NCBI RefSeq assembly: GCF_006345805.1
Contig: NC_043017.1
Span: 32,240,001 to 32,304,000 of the forward strand
Direction: 5' to 3'
DNA length: 64,000 nucleotides
Source of the DNA: Octopus sinensis
Lineage: Eukaryota
A program made the position numbers and the translations under genes. Below are positions 12,729 to 23,465 of the stretch, in pieces. Under the pieces are notes generated by a model. The model made no database searches, was not told the origin of the DNA, and saw only the letters and a list, made by a program, of their open reading frames with translations. Numbering within the stretch: position 1 is the first letter of the stretch; each line of letters begins with the position of its first letter.

Positions 12729-13130
12729 AGGTGCAGGAGTGGCTGTGTGGTAAGTAACTTGCCTACCAACCACATGGTTCCGGGTTCAGTCCCACTGCGT
12801 GGCACCTTGGGCAAGTGTCTTCTACTATAGCCTCGGGCCAACCAAAGCCTTGTGAGTGGATTTGGTAGACGGAAACTGAAAGAAGCTCGTCGTATATATG
12901 TGTATGTATATATATATGTTTGTGTGTATGTGTTTGTCCCATCAACATCGCTTGACAACCGATGCTGGTATGATTACGTCCCCGTAACTTAGTGGTTCGG
13001 AAAAAGAGACTGATATAATAAGTACTGGGCTGACAAAAAGAATAAGTCCCGGGGTCGATTTGCTCGACTAAAGGCGGTGCTCCAGCATGGCCGCAGTCAA
13101 ATGACTGAAACAAGTAAAAGAGTAAAGAGA
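12729..13130 (+). mobile_element. SINE A, full length
   Basis: Head to GAGTAAAAGAG tail. Confidence 0.9.
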
Positions 13131-13558
13131 GTCTGAGTGACCACATGAAGGTTCTGTGTTTGACTGAGTACTGGTCGTGAAATATAGTTTTTATGATTGT
13201 GGGGCCACAGATTAACACTGAGCTGATTTATGATCAAAGACATCCAAGCAGCGAATATCCTTTTTGTTTGTTTTGTTTGTTTCTTTTTTAAAGGTATGCT
13301 TGGTTGCACACTGGTATTCAAGGGTATGCTGCTTGTACACTGTTGTTGATTTTTAGCAAACCAGTCAGCCATGACTTTTCAAATATTTTTTAAAGCATTT
13401 TGACCATCTTCAACTATTTGTGTCTCTCTCCGCATTCCCTTTGATAGAAGAGCACAGGCTCAAAACATCAAAGACTTGCAATGCAATCTAATGAGTTCTA
13501 GTGATAAAATACTACTGGTGTTGTGTGGCCCCTGATCAACTCTGAGTAAACTTATGAT

Positions 13559-13859
13559 GGCTTCCAGAGGAGAAGAGTAGAAATTGCCATGTTTTCAGCT
13601 CTACAACAATGTCCAGGAAACTGGACTCTCTTACCTTTCACAAGAGATGACACAGGTGGTAGTTTCCCATATATTTGCATTTTGGTTGGATGACGCTTCC
13701 ACAAGAGATTTTGAGCTCTCACAAGGAGGCGAGCATAATCTCCAGGGATACAGGCATCCAGCAACAGGACCTCCATAATGCCATGATGGACCGTGAAGTC
13801 TGGCGTGGCATGGTAGATTCCATTGTCTCGACCACGGTCGAACAATGATGATAATGATG
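13559..13859 (+). mobile_element. 5'-truncated RTE-like LINE with 5' inversion (twin-priming structure)
   Basis: 13559-13737 is the reverse complement of 27005-27185. 13738-13859 is the sense 3' end with an (ATG)n tail. TSD AAACTTATGAT at 13548-13558 and 13860-13870. Confidence 0.85.
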
Positions 13860-14147
13860 AAACTTATGATCAGATAACCCAAAAGTGACCAACCATGTTC
13901 ATTTTACTTAGGGTTTGCAGGACTTTATAATCTAATAAGTGTTTCTCCTCTTTATTTACAACATGAGGCTATGATACAAGGGAAGTTTAACTGCTATTTC
14001 TACCAACTCAAAAGAGTATCTACAGGCTCCTTTGTTGGCTTAATATAAACACAGCATATTTGACTCATGGGTTCTGCCTCATCTTCCTTTTACATGTGTG
14101 GCCCTATGCCAATGTCAGATTGTCATCAGTAAAAATAAACTGAAATA

Positions 14148-14409
14148 GCAATAATAAATCTCTGAACGAGATATAAACAGTAACTGCGCGACAACGTGAG
14201 GTATACTTGCCATCTCAATATGGCTAACCACTAAGGGTGGGTGTTACTGTAGCTTGTAGCCCCAGGAGAACATCGTCTCCAGCTGACACATAAGGGCACA
14301 GAAAGTGTACCTAAAGCAAGCTGGAGACGATGTTCTCCTGGGGCTACAAGCTACAGTAACACCCACCCTTAGTGGTTAGCCATATTGAGATGGCAAGTAT
14401 ACCTCATAT
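14148..14409. mobile_element. Fold-back insertion with a perfect 88-bp inverted repeat
   Basis: Arms 14197-14284 and 14319-14406 are exact reverse complements around a 34-nt loop; direct repeat TAAACTGAAATA at 14136-14147 and 14410-14421. Confidence 0.8.
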
Positions 14410-14825
14410 TAAACTGAAATACATACATATCTATCTGTCTGCCTCTCTGACTATATGTCTGTCTGTGTGTCTAGGGTTCAAAATTATACAGACAAACAAA
14501 AAAATGAAAGATAGAGACAGGTGCGGGGACGAGTAGGGTGTATTAGTTTGACACTCAGGTAAAATGGATGAAGTTTAATGTTTTGAGCTTATGCTCTTCT
14601 TCAGAAAGGAATGCAGAGAGAAATATGCAAATGATTCAAGAAGCTCAAAAAGTTTTAAAAAGTTTGAGAAGTCAGGGTAGATTGGTCTGATAGAAATCAA
14701 CAACAGTGTACACATCTATCTATTCTGCCTTGAAGAATTTTAGTGGAAGGACCCGACCCAAGGAATTTTTGGTTTTTGTGGCTTGGTACCTATCCTGTCA
14801 GTATTTTTTGATTTTTTGCCAAACC

Positions 14826-15226
14826 TATTTCTTTACTACCCACAAGGGGCAAAACACAGCAGGGTCAAACAAGGACAGGCAAACGGATTAAGTCGATTAC
14901 ATCGACCCCAGTGCATAACTGGTACTTATTTAATCGACCCCAAAAGGATGAAAGGCAAAATCGACCTCAGCGGAATTTGAACTTGGAACGTAGCAGCAGA
15001 TGAAATACCTATTTCTTTACTACCACAGAGAGGACAAACAAGGACAGACAAACAGATTAAGTCGATTACATCGACCCCAGTGCATAACTGGTACTTATTT
15101 AATCGACCCCGAAAGAATGAAAGGCAAAGTCGACCTCGGCGGAATTTGAACTCAGAACGTAGCAGCAGACGAAATACCGCTAAGCATTTTGCCCGGCATG
15201 CTAGCGATTCTGCCAGCTCGCCGCCT
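14826..15226 (-). mobile_element. SINE B dimer
   Basis: Two bodies and one head; TSD TTTTTGCCAAACC at 14813-14825 and 15226-15238. Confidence 0.9.
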
Positions 15227-15264
15227 TTTTGCCAAACCATTAAGCTATGGGTTCTGTAAACACA

Positions 15265-15500
15265 CTACTTGTCAGGTGGTGATGGTGGTTGTGATGGTGG
15301 AGGACAAACAGACACACTGACGCACACACACACTTATATGATGGGCTTCTTTCATTTTCCATCTACCAAACCCACTCACAAAGCCTTGGATGGCTCAAGG
15401 CTATAGTAGAAGACACTTGCTCAAGGTGCCATGCCATAGGACTGAACCTGGACCCATGCAGTTGGGAAGCAAACTACCTACCACACAGCCATACCTGCAT
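15265..15500 (-). mobile_element. Diverged SINE A 5' part
   Basis: GGGCTTCTTTCA...GAAGACACTTGC...CCACACAGCC. Confidence 0.75.
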
Positions 15501-16317
15501 CCCTATATGTGTGTGTGTATGTGTGAGTGCATGTGTGTGTTTGTGTGTGAAAATGTTCTCTTATCTGTATTCGTACATATGTGCGCATACAAACATTGGT
15601 TTGTATGTGTGCGTGTATACACACACACACACACACACACAAACCAATGTTAGTATGCGTACATATGTTCAAATACTGATAAGTGACCATTGTCACACAT
15701 ACGCACACACACATGCGCATACACACACACACACTCACACACATACATCACTGTCAGGGCCTCACATCCATACATGCATACATACATACATGAACTCTAA
15801 TCAAAACCTATTAGCATGATAAAAGGCAGCTTTGTTAACGCCAGTCCAACTAGTATGGCTTTATTTCCCAAGACAATTTACTCCACCCGCTTTATTAATA
15901 ATAACATATGTAAATTTTAATAATTTAATCGGCCAATCTAAAATAACAAATTCTACAATATTTCCACTTCCAACACATCCGTCTCCCCCACCCCACCCCC
16001 AACTGAAACGTGAACAATTTACAATGATAACGCTGAATCAATGGTTAAGCAAGACTCTTTAAAATAATTTTGCTACACTTTGTTCTCTTCCAGACAACGC
16101 TTTTGTTTATAGATAGAATTGGTTGATATATTGTGATGTTAGATTTAGATAGAGACAGAGAGAGACACTGAGAAATACTAGAGAGAAAGAGAGAGAGAGA
16201 GGGAGTAAAGGAGGGTGACTAAGAGATACTAGTAAAGAATGAGCAAGTAAGGAGAGTGTGTGAAGGAAATATTGGTGAAAAAAGAAAAAGCAAGAAGTTC
16301 CCTTCGTATTGATATAT

Positions 16318-16610
16318 ATTTCTTTACTACCCACAAGGGGCTAAACACAGAGGGGACAAACAAGTACAGACAAACGAATTAAGATGATTACATCAACCCC
16401 AGTGCGTAACTGGTACTTAATTTATAGACCCCGAAAGGATGAAAGGCAAAGTCGATCTCGGCGGGATTTGAACTTAGAACGTAGCGGCAGACGAAATACT
16501 ATTTCTTTACTACCCACAAGGGGCTAAACACAGAGGGGACAAATAAGGACAGACAAATGGATTAAGTCGATTACATCGACCTCAGTGTGTAACTGGTACT
16601 TAATTTATGT
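16318..16610 (-). mobile_element. SINE B dimer, 5'-truncated
   Basis: Two bodies joined at GAAATAC|TATTTC. Confidence 0.85.
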
Positions 16611-16644
16611 ATACATAAGTGTATGTGGTAGGTATGTTGCTTGG

Positions 16645-16905
16645 CATGGGGGTTTAGTGGTTAATGTATTCAGTTTACGATTGTGAGGCCGTGAGTTCAA
16701 TTCCTGGACACGTTTTGTGTCCTTGAGCAAGACTCTTTATTTCACATTGTTCCAGTCCAGTCAGCTGGCAAAAACGAGTAGTACCTGTATTTCAAAGGAT
16801 CGCCTTTGTCGTATTCTATGTTATGCTGAATCTCCCTGTGAACAACGTTAAGGGCATTATGTGTCTGTGGAGTACTCAGCCACTTGGATGTTGATGTCCT
16901 GAGTA
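16645..16905 (+). mobile_element. tRNA-derived SINE (family E), 3' end replaced by an RTE fragment
   Basis: A-box-like GGTTTAGTGGTTAA, B-box GAGTTCAATTCC and CORE-like GTGTCCTTGAGCAAG. Confidence 0.6.
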
Positions 16906-17180
16906 GGCTATGATGGACCGTGAAGTCTGGCGTAACATAGTAAATTCTATTGTCTCGACCACGGTCAAACAATGATGATGATGAGAGAGCACTGTAAAGC
17001 TTGCAGATGATGCAATATAAGATGAGTTTGGAAGATGTGCAACAGAAGTTCCAGTTATGTGGTATTGTGACTCATGTCAAGTGACAGGTGCAGTATTGCT
17101 AACGTAGAGAGGCAGGTATTGCATCATTGATGGGCAGGCTTAAAAGTGTCTGGCTGCATGTGGCTACATGCAATGATGAT
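16906..17180 (+). mobile_element. RTE-like 3' end plus ~195 bp of downstream sequence shared with 27270-27540
   Basis: Colinear match to 27270-27540 on both sides of the (ATG)n tail. Confidence 0.75.
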
Positions 17181-17884
17181 CGATTTTGATTTTGATTTTA
17201 TGTACGTATGCATGTACGTATATTATTCATTTTTGTTACATCCAAGCAATGCTCATTCCATTTGTTTTAAATATCCTATATGTTTTTTTTTTATTTCAAG
17301 TATGATTGGAATGAAATATGGGCTGTTTTTTCTAGCAAACTTGGTGGTCACATCTGAAATTGCATTCTAATGCACTCCTATCCGTTATCATCTGCTTTTT
17401 TTATATTACAGGCACAATATATTTTCGGTTACATTTTCTTATGTACCGTTACATTTCCAACAAAGAACTGCATGCGTACACAAATCAACCATTAGCCCCA
17501 CCCCCTATGTCATAGCTATTTGTCGCATGCACTGGCATATATATGTCCTCCATCTACCACTAAATCATTCTACAAAGGTTTCACTCTCATTGAACGCAGC
17601 AGCCGCAGGATGGAGGGTGCCTCACGGTAGGACATGATTGGGGGAAGATCTCCAGAGGCTCGACATCACCAGAGGAGGTGGCATAGGATTGCCAGTGATG
17701 AAGAGCACGGGGGAACCTGGTCAGCTCTATGCATGATGACATCCCTGGGACTACTAGCCTGGGATGACCCCATGTTTGTTTGCTTGCTTCATAACCTTGC
17801 TTGATAAGGGTGGGGTCATTCCAGGTTAGTGGTCATTCCAGAGATGTCATCCTTCCATTTTTAACATGATATGATCTGATATAC

Positions 17885-18101
17885 TCTTTACTCTTTTACT
17901 TGTTTCAGCCACCTTTAGTCGAGCACCACCTTTAGTCGAGCACGTCGACCCCGGGACTTATTCTTTGTAAGCCTAGTACTTATTCTATCGGTCTCTTTTG
18001 CCGAACCGCTAAGTGACAGGGACATAAACACACTAGTATCGGTTGTCAAGCAATGCTAGGGGGACAAACACAGACACACAAACACACACACATGCATATA
18101 C

Positions 18102-18150
<49 letters not shown>

Positions 18151-18290
18151 TACGACAGGCTTCTTTCAGTTTCCGTCTACCAAATCTACTCACAAGTCAT
18201 TGGTCAGCCGGGGCTATAGCAGAAGACACTTGCCCAAGATGCCACACAGTGGGACTGAACCCGGAGCCATGTGGTTGGTTAGGAAGCTAC
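17885..18290 (-). mobile_element. SINE A
   Basis: Consensus match. Confidence 0.9.
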
Positions 18291-18304
18291 TTTATTTCAT
18301 GAAA

Positions 18305-18835
18305 ATTCACCATTAAGGCGTTACATAGAGGGGACATACAAATACAGACAAACATATAGGGTGTAGTAGCTTAAAACGGTGGTGATTACAATAAAATATA
18401 TATAATATTTACAATATAAAGTTTTAAAAATTTGGTATTATACAGTAGGGCACGGATCTCTGCCATCCGGGTAGAACCTTTACTTCTTGATCCGGCCACA
18501 CTTACCTGGTGCCAGATATACCCAGCTTGCACACTACAGACTTCCATCTTTTCACAAACATATCTCGTGACAGACACCTCTTCTCCAGCCTGATCTTACT
18601 ACCAAGGTGGTAACTAAAAAAGTTAACCAACCCCTGGCCGGATACAAAGGTAGCTGTCACTATACCTTTCGTATGCGTCTTCCATACTGTTTCTTTCAGT
18701 ATGGCTACTACGCAGGAAAAACAAGCCTTCCTTTCCCTTCCAAATATGTGGGTTATTTGGCTGCTATTTCTAGCTGCTCCATCAACTATGTTGAGGCTCT
18801 TGGCAGACGTCATGGAGAACATTATTTTATTCTCA
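18305..18835 (-). mobile_element. Tx1/L1-group LINE 3' end (ORF2 C-terminus plus 3' UTR)
   Basis: ORF 18502-18822 (..KACFSCVVAILKETVWKTHTKGIVTATFVSGQGLVNFFSYHLGSKIRLEKRCLSRDMFVKRW..) resembles the Tx1-type ORF2 end (..K..IW..R.......F..RW). The clade call is from motif memory. Confidence 0.65.
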
Positions 18836-19166
18836 TTATGTTTTAGTGGTTAGTATTATCATAGTCATTTTTAATGGCTACAAAATATTTCCTTTTAAGA
18901 ATTCACATGTAAGTATTCAACTTTGCAGTAATATTCAGTCGGCAGCATCATTAAAAGAAGACTTACTGATGAACAAACTCATAATAGATGTTGTTGGTGT
19001 ATCGGTGCATATGTGGTGTGCATGTGCATGTGTGTGTGTGGTGTGCATATATGCGTGCATGGTGTGTGTGTTTATAGAGAGTAAAAAATGAAGCTACACT
19101 TACACATAATATGCAATGTATGTAGATATATATTATATATATATATTATATATATATATATATAAT

Positions 19167-19200
<34 letters not shown>

Positions 19201-19202
<2 letters not shown>

Positions 19203-19610
19203 GGTGCAGGAGTGGCTGTGTGGTAAGTAGCTTGCTTACTAACCACATGGTTCTGGGTTCAGTCCACTGCATGGCATCTTGGGCAAGTGTCTTCTACTAT
19301 AGCCTCGGGCCGACCAAAGCCTTGCGAGTGGATTTGGTAGACGGAAACTGAAAGAAGCCTGTTGTATATATGTATATATATGTATATGTATGTGTGTATA
19401 TGTTTGTGTGTTTGTGTTTGTCCCCCTAGCATTGCTTGACAACCGATGCTGGTGTGTTTACATCCCGGTAACTTAGCAGTTCAGTAAAAGAGACTGATAG
19501 AATAAGTACTAGGCTTACAAAGAATAACACCTGGGGTCGATTTGCTCGACTAAAGGCAGTGTTCCAGCATGGCCACAGTCAAATGACTGAAACAAGTAAA
19601 AGAGTAAAAA
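19201..19610 (+). mobile_element. SINE A, full length
   Basis: Consensus match. Confidence 0.9.
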
Positions 19611-19679
19611 AGTTTCTCATATATTCCATTTTCTGTCTCTATCATTTGTTATATATTCAACAAACACTGAGAAATACCT

Positions 19680-20005
19680 GACCCCAGGACTTATTCTTTG
19701 TAAGCCTAGTACTTATTCTATCGGTCTCTATTGCTGAACTGCTAGTTTATGGGGATGTAAACACACCAGCATTGGTTATCAAGCAATGTTGGTGGGGGGA
19801 CAAACACAGACACACAAACACATATATATATATATATACATATATACAACGGGCTTCTTTCAGTTTCCATCTACCAAATCCACTCACAAGGCTTTAGTTG
19901 GCCTAAGGCTATAGTAGAAGACACTTGCCCAAGGTGCCATGCAGTGGGACTAAACCCGAAACCATTTAGTTGGTAAGCAAGCTGCTTACCACACAGTCAC
20001 TCCTG
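19680..20005 (-). mobile_element. SINE A, tail missing
   Basis: Consensus match; in inverted orientation to 19201-19610. Confidence 0.85.
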
Positions 20006-20029
20006 TGCCTATCTGTATATGTATATCAT

Positions 20030-20360
20030 CATCATTATCATCATCATTGTTTAACGTCCGTTTTCCATGCTAGCATGGGCTGGACAGTTCAACTGGTGTC
20101 TGGGAAGCCAGGAGGCTGCACCAGGCTCCAGTCTGATCTGGCAGTGTTTCTACAGCTGGATGCCCTGTCTAACGCCAACCACTTTGTGAGTGTAGTAGGT
20201 GCATTTTACGTGCCACCAGCACAGGTGCCAGGCAAGGCTGGCAACGACGACGATCGGCTGATGCTTTTTACATTCCACCAGCACAGGGATCACAACTACA
20301 ATTTCCATTGATTTTTGATGTTGATGTACTTGACTCAGTAGGTCTCCTCAAGCACAGGGT
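20030..20360 (-). mobile_element. SINE family C
   Basis: Consensus match including the GAGGAGACC 5' extension also seen at 46090. Confidence 0.85.
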
Positions 20361-20409
20361 CAAAAGGATGTTTCTTTACTTGCCACCTGCGCATATATAT
20401 ATATATATG

Positions 20410-20637
20410 TTTCTTTACTATCTACAAGGGGCCAAACATAGAGGGGACAAACAAGGACAGACAAAGGGATTAAGTCGATTACATCGACCCCAGTGCGAAA
20501 CTGGTACTTTATTTATCGACCCCGAAAGGATGAAAGGCAAAGTCCACCTCGGCGAAATTTGAACTCAGAACGTAGCAGCAGACGAAATACCACTAAGCAT
20601 GTCACCCGGCGTGCTAACGGTTCTGCCAGCTCGCCTT
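20410..20637 (-). mobile_element. SINE B monomer, full length
   Basis: Consensus match. Confidence 0.9.
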
Positions 20638-20652
20638 ATATTTATATATATA

Positions 20653-20685
<33 letters not shown>

Positions 20686-20849
20686 GCATATGCATATTTG
20701 AGCAAGTAGACAAATGAATGGAAAAAGCACTCAACACATGTAGTAGCACACAGTTGCATTCACACAGTGAGAGCTAGCAGTGGCCTTCATGGGGCAGTGT
20801 GTTGAGTGACATCATTGTGTTTGCTTCACAAGTTGTGAAATTGGTGTTT

Positions 20850-21794
20850 TTGTGACCATGTGTAAACTGATGTCTGTGATTTTTGTCATGGACACAAAGA
20901 ACCAGCGTAAAATTTTGTGTTAAACTTGGGAAGTATGTGCTAAAGAGATATTGAGCGCCGGTATGCACCAGTGCTTCAAAAGGCAGAAGAACATCCCTGG
21001 AAGATGATGAGCAATCTGGAAGACCTGCCACTAGCATCAACCCCGGAAATGTGGGATTGTGCATTGAGAATTCTTCCCCTGCCCACCCCAGGCCAGACTG
21101 GCAAGCAAGAGTTCTACTATGTCATAGGAAGGAATTACAACCGTGTTTCATGGTCTGCTACCACAACAGCTCCTTTATAGGATCCAGTTATCTCAAGACA
21201 TCATCAGGTGGAACCACGTCACTCCTCTACCGTTTTGACGTGGCGGGGCCCCTCCTTTCGGAGGTGTCTTCAGCTCTGGTGTTGGGTGCATGTCCTCTTT
21301 CTTCTGTTCCCTGTCCTCTTCGATGTATTGTCAGCGAGTGTCAGCCGGTGACTGACTGACTTGTTAAATTTCTTAAAGCATTTGAGGGAGGACATTTGGT
21401 GAAAGTGACCGGATCTGTGGAGTGCAAAGAATTGGATTCTTCACCAAGCTCTCCTCATTTGTGAGTTTCTCACCATAGCAACAAAGCATCACTTCTGCAC
21501 CAAATCTATATTCACCAAATCTAGCACCTACGGACTTCCATCTCTCTCCCAACATGAAAATGCAGTTCAAAGCTCACCGTTTTAACAGCTTTGTTGAGGT
21601 CCAGAATGAATCACAGAAGGTTCTCAACTTGCTTACAGAAAACGACTTCCAGGCCGGATTCCAAAAGTGGCAGAAATACTGGAACCAGTGTATTGTTGTG
21701 CAAGGTGACTATTTCAATGGGGGTGATGTTAAAACTTAGGTATATAAGTTATTTTGTATTAAATATAACTGGTCAGGAAATCTTTTGATAGCAC

Positions 21795-21800
<6 letters not shown>
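20850..21800 (+). mobile_element. Decayed, internally deleted mariner transposon
   Basis: Fragments ..FCVKLGK, RTSLEDDEQSGRPAT, PGQTGKQEFY, YSPNLAPTDFHL..KMQFKAHRF..FQKWQKYWNQCIVVQGDYF; right TIR CTTTTGATAGCACCTCATA at 21782-21800. An unrelated ~245-bp insert sits at 21122-21368. Confidence 0.85.
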
Positions 21801-21839
<39 letters not shown>

Positions 21840-21849
21840 TATATATAGT

Positions 21850-22060
21850 TAATCCAAACATGAAAACACCAAGAGAAAACACAACAATGTGAGGATGTGG
21901 AACAAATATAGTATTATTTGACGCTCAAGAAGGAAGGGAAAAAGGAGGGTTTTACGTTTCGAGCGGAGCTCTTTGTCAGAAACATAGAAAAGGAAAGATC
22001 CAAGGAAGGGAAGATGGAGGGAAAAAAATCGCCAACGGTACACCCGCGGTCACATTTTGA
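21850..22060 (-). mobile_element. Penelope-like pLTR fragment with a mutated hammerhead core
   Basis: Minus strand CTGACAA-A-GAGC-TCC-GCTC-GAAACGT...GAGCGTC (21912-21985); flanked by (TA)n. Confidence 0.55.
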
Positions 22061-22175
22061 TATATATATATATATATAATTTCAGCAAAATTTAGATTCA
22101 AATGAATATGGTACTTAAGTCAAAGGCACCAGAATTCTGTATGGTATTATCCATATAAATCCATGGGATAATTAT

Positions 22176-22309
22176 AATCAAAATAAGCAACAAGTATATC
22201 TGAGGTAATGTGGTACAATTGTTTCATGCTACTTCATGAATAATAAAATGAAGTAGCATGAAACGATTGTACCACATTACCTTGGATATACTTGTTGCTT
22301 ATTTTGATT
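22176..22309. repeat. 62-bp inverted repeat (59/62 paired, 10-nt loop)
   Basis: Arms 22176-22237 and 22248-22309; a non-inverted relative lies at about 30080-30365. Confidence 0.85.
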
Positions 22310-22481
22310 GTATATATATATATATATATATATATACATACATACATATACATAGACCTAAAGAGATGAAATTCCCCATTTATCTATTATGTAATTATTT
22401 GAAACATACATGTTAAATGCATTCAAGATATCATTATTGGTTTGACTTCATTTATATTTATTAATGTGTGTGTGTGGTCTG

Positions 22482-22523
<42 letters not shown>

Positions 22524-23051
22524 TCACAGACATACATATATACATACATAGAAAAAGAAGAGAGATATGTAAACTGATATGCATAAGTAGAGAGGTATAT
22601 AACTAGAAAAAGAAATGGTAAAGCACTGAATGTTGTGTGTGTGTGTGTGTGTGTGTGAATGTGTGCATGTGATTGTGTGTGTTTCTGTGAGTGTTTCTGT
22701 ATGTAAGCAAGAGAGTATAATTTATCACTGTTCTATATTGTCTGACAGAAATATCTTTATATTCTTAGTCCTCTTTAACCAAACAGAAAAGTTCATATTC
22801 TTTTTTTTATTATACTTCTTTTTTCATTAATGTCTTTTTTATGCCATTTGCAGCCAACACAAACTCTACCATTTCTTATAAGCACGTAAGCAGCCACTAA
22901 GAATTAAACATGGTTTCATCATGACAATTTTTATTTCCAATTGTTTATTCCAGAAATTTTATTAGCAAGACAAGCAGTAAAGTGAAAACAAAGCAATTGA
23001 AGTCAGTTATGATAACATTTTTAGAAACTTATACTATTCGTACATAGTACA

Positions 23052-23465
23052 TAGGCGCAGGAGTGGCTGTGTGGTAAGTAGCTTGCTAACCAACCACATG
23101 GTTCCGGGTTTAGTCCCACTGCGTAGCATCTTGGGCAAGTGTCTTCTGCTATAGCCTCGGGCCGACCAATGCCTCGTGAGTGGATTTGGTAGACGGAAAC
23201 TGAAAGAAGCCTGTCGTATATATATGTATATATATATATGTATGTGTGTGTCTGTGTTTGTCCCTCTAGCATTGCTTGACAACCGATGCTGGTGTATTTA
23301 TGTCCCCGTCACTTAGCGGTTCAGCAAAAGAGACCGATAGAATAAGTACTGGGCTTACAAAGAATAAGTCCCGGGGTCGATTTGCTCGACTAAAGGCGGT
23401 GCTCCAGCATAGCCGCAGTCGAATGACTGAAACAAGTAAAAGAGAGAAAGAGAGAAAGAGAGTAA
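23052..23465 (+). mobile_element. SINE A, full length
   Basis: Consensus match. Confidence 0.9.

Noticed and set aside
12729-12810. tRNA-like A/B boxes at SINE A, B, D and E heads
   Set aside because: They run into SINE bodies and lack a full cloverleaf with acceptor stem; not tRNA genes.
13552-13845. 97-aa minus-strand ORF
   Set aside because: Chimeric across the inversion junction: its first third is antisense RTE sequence.
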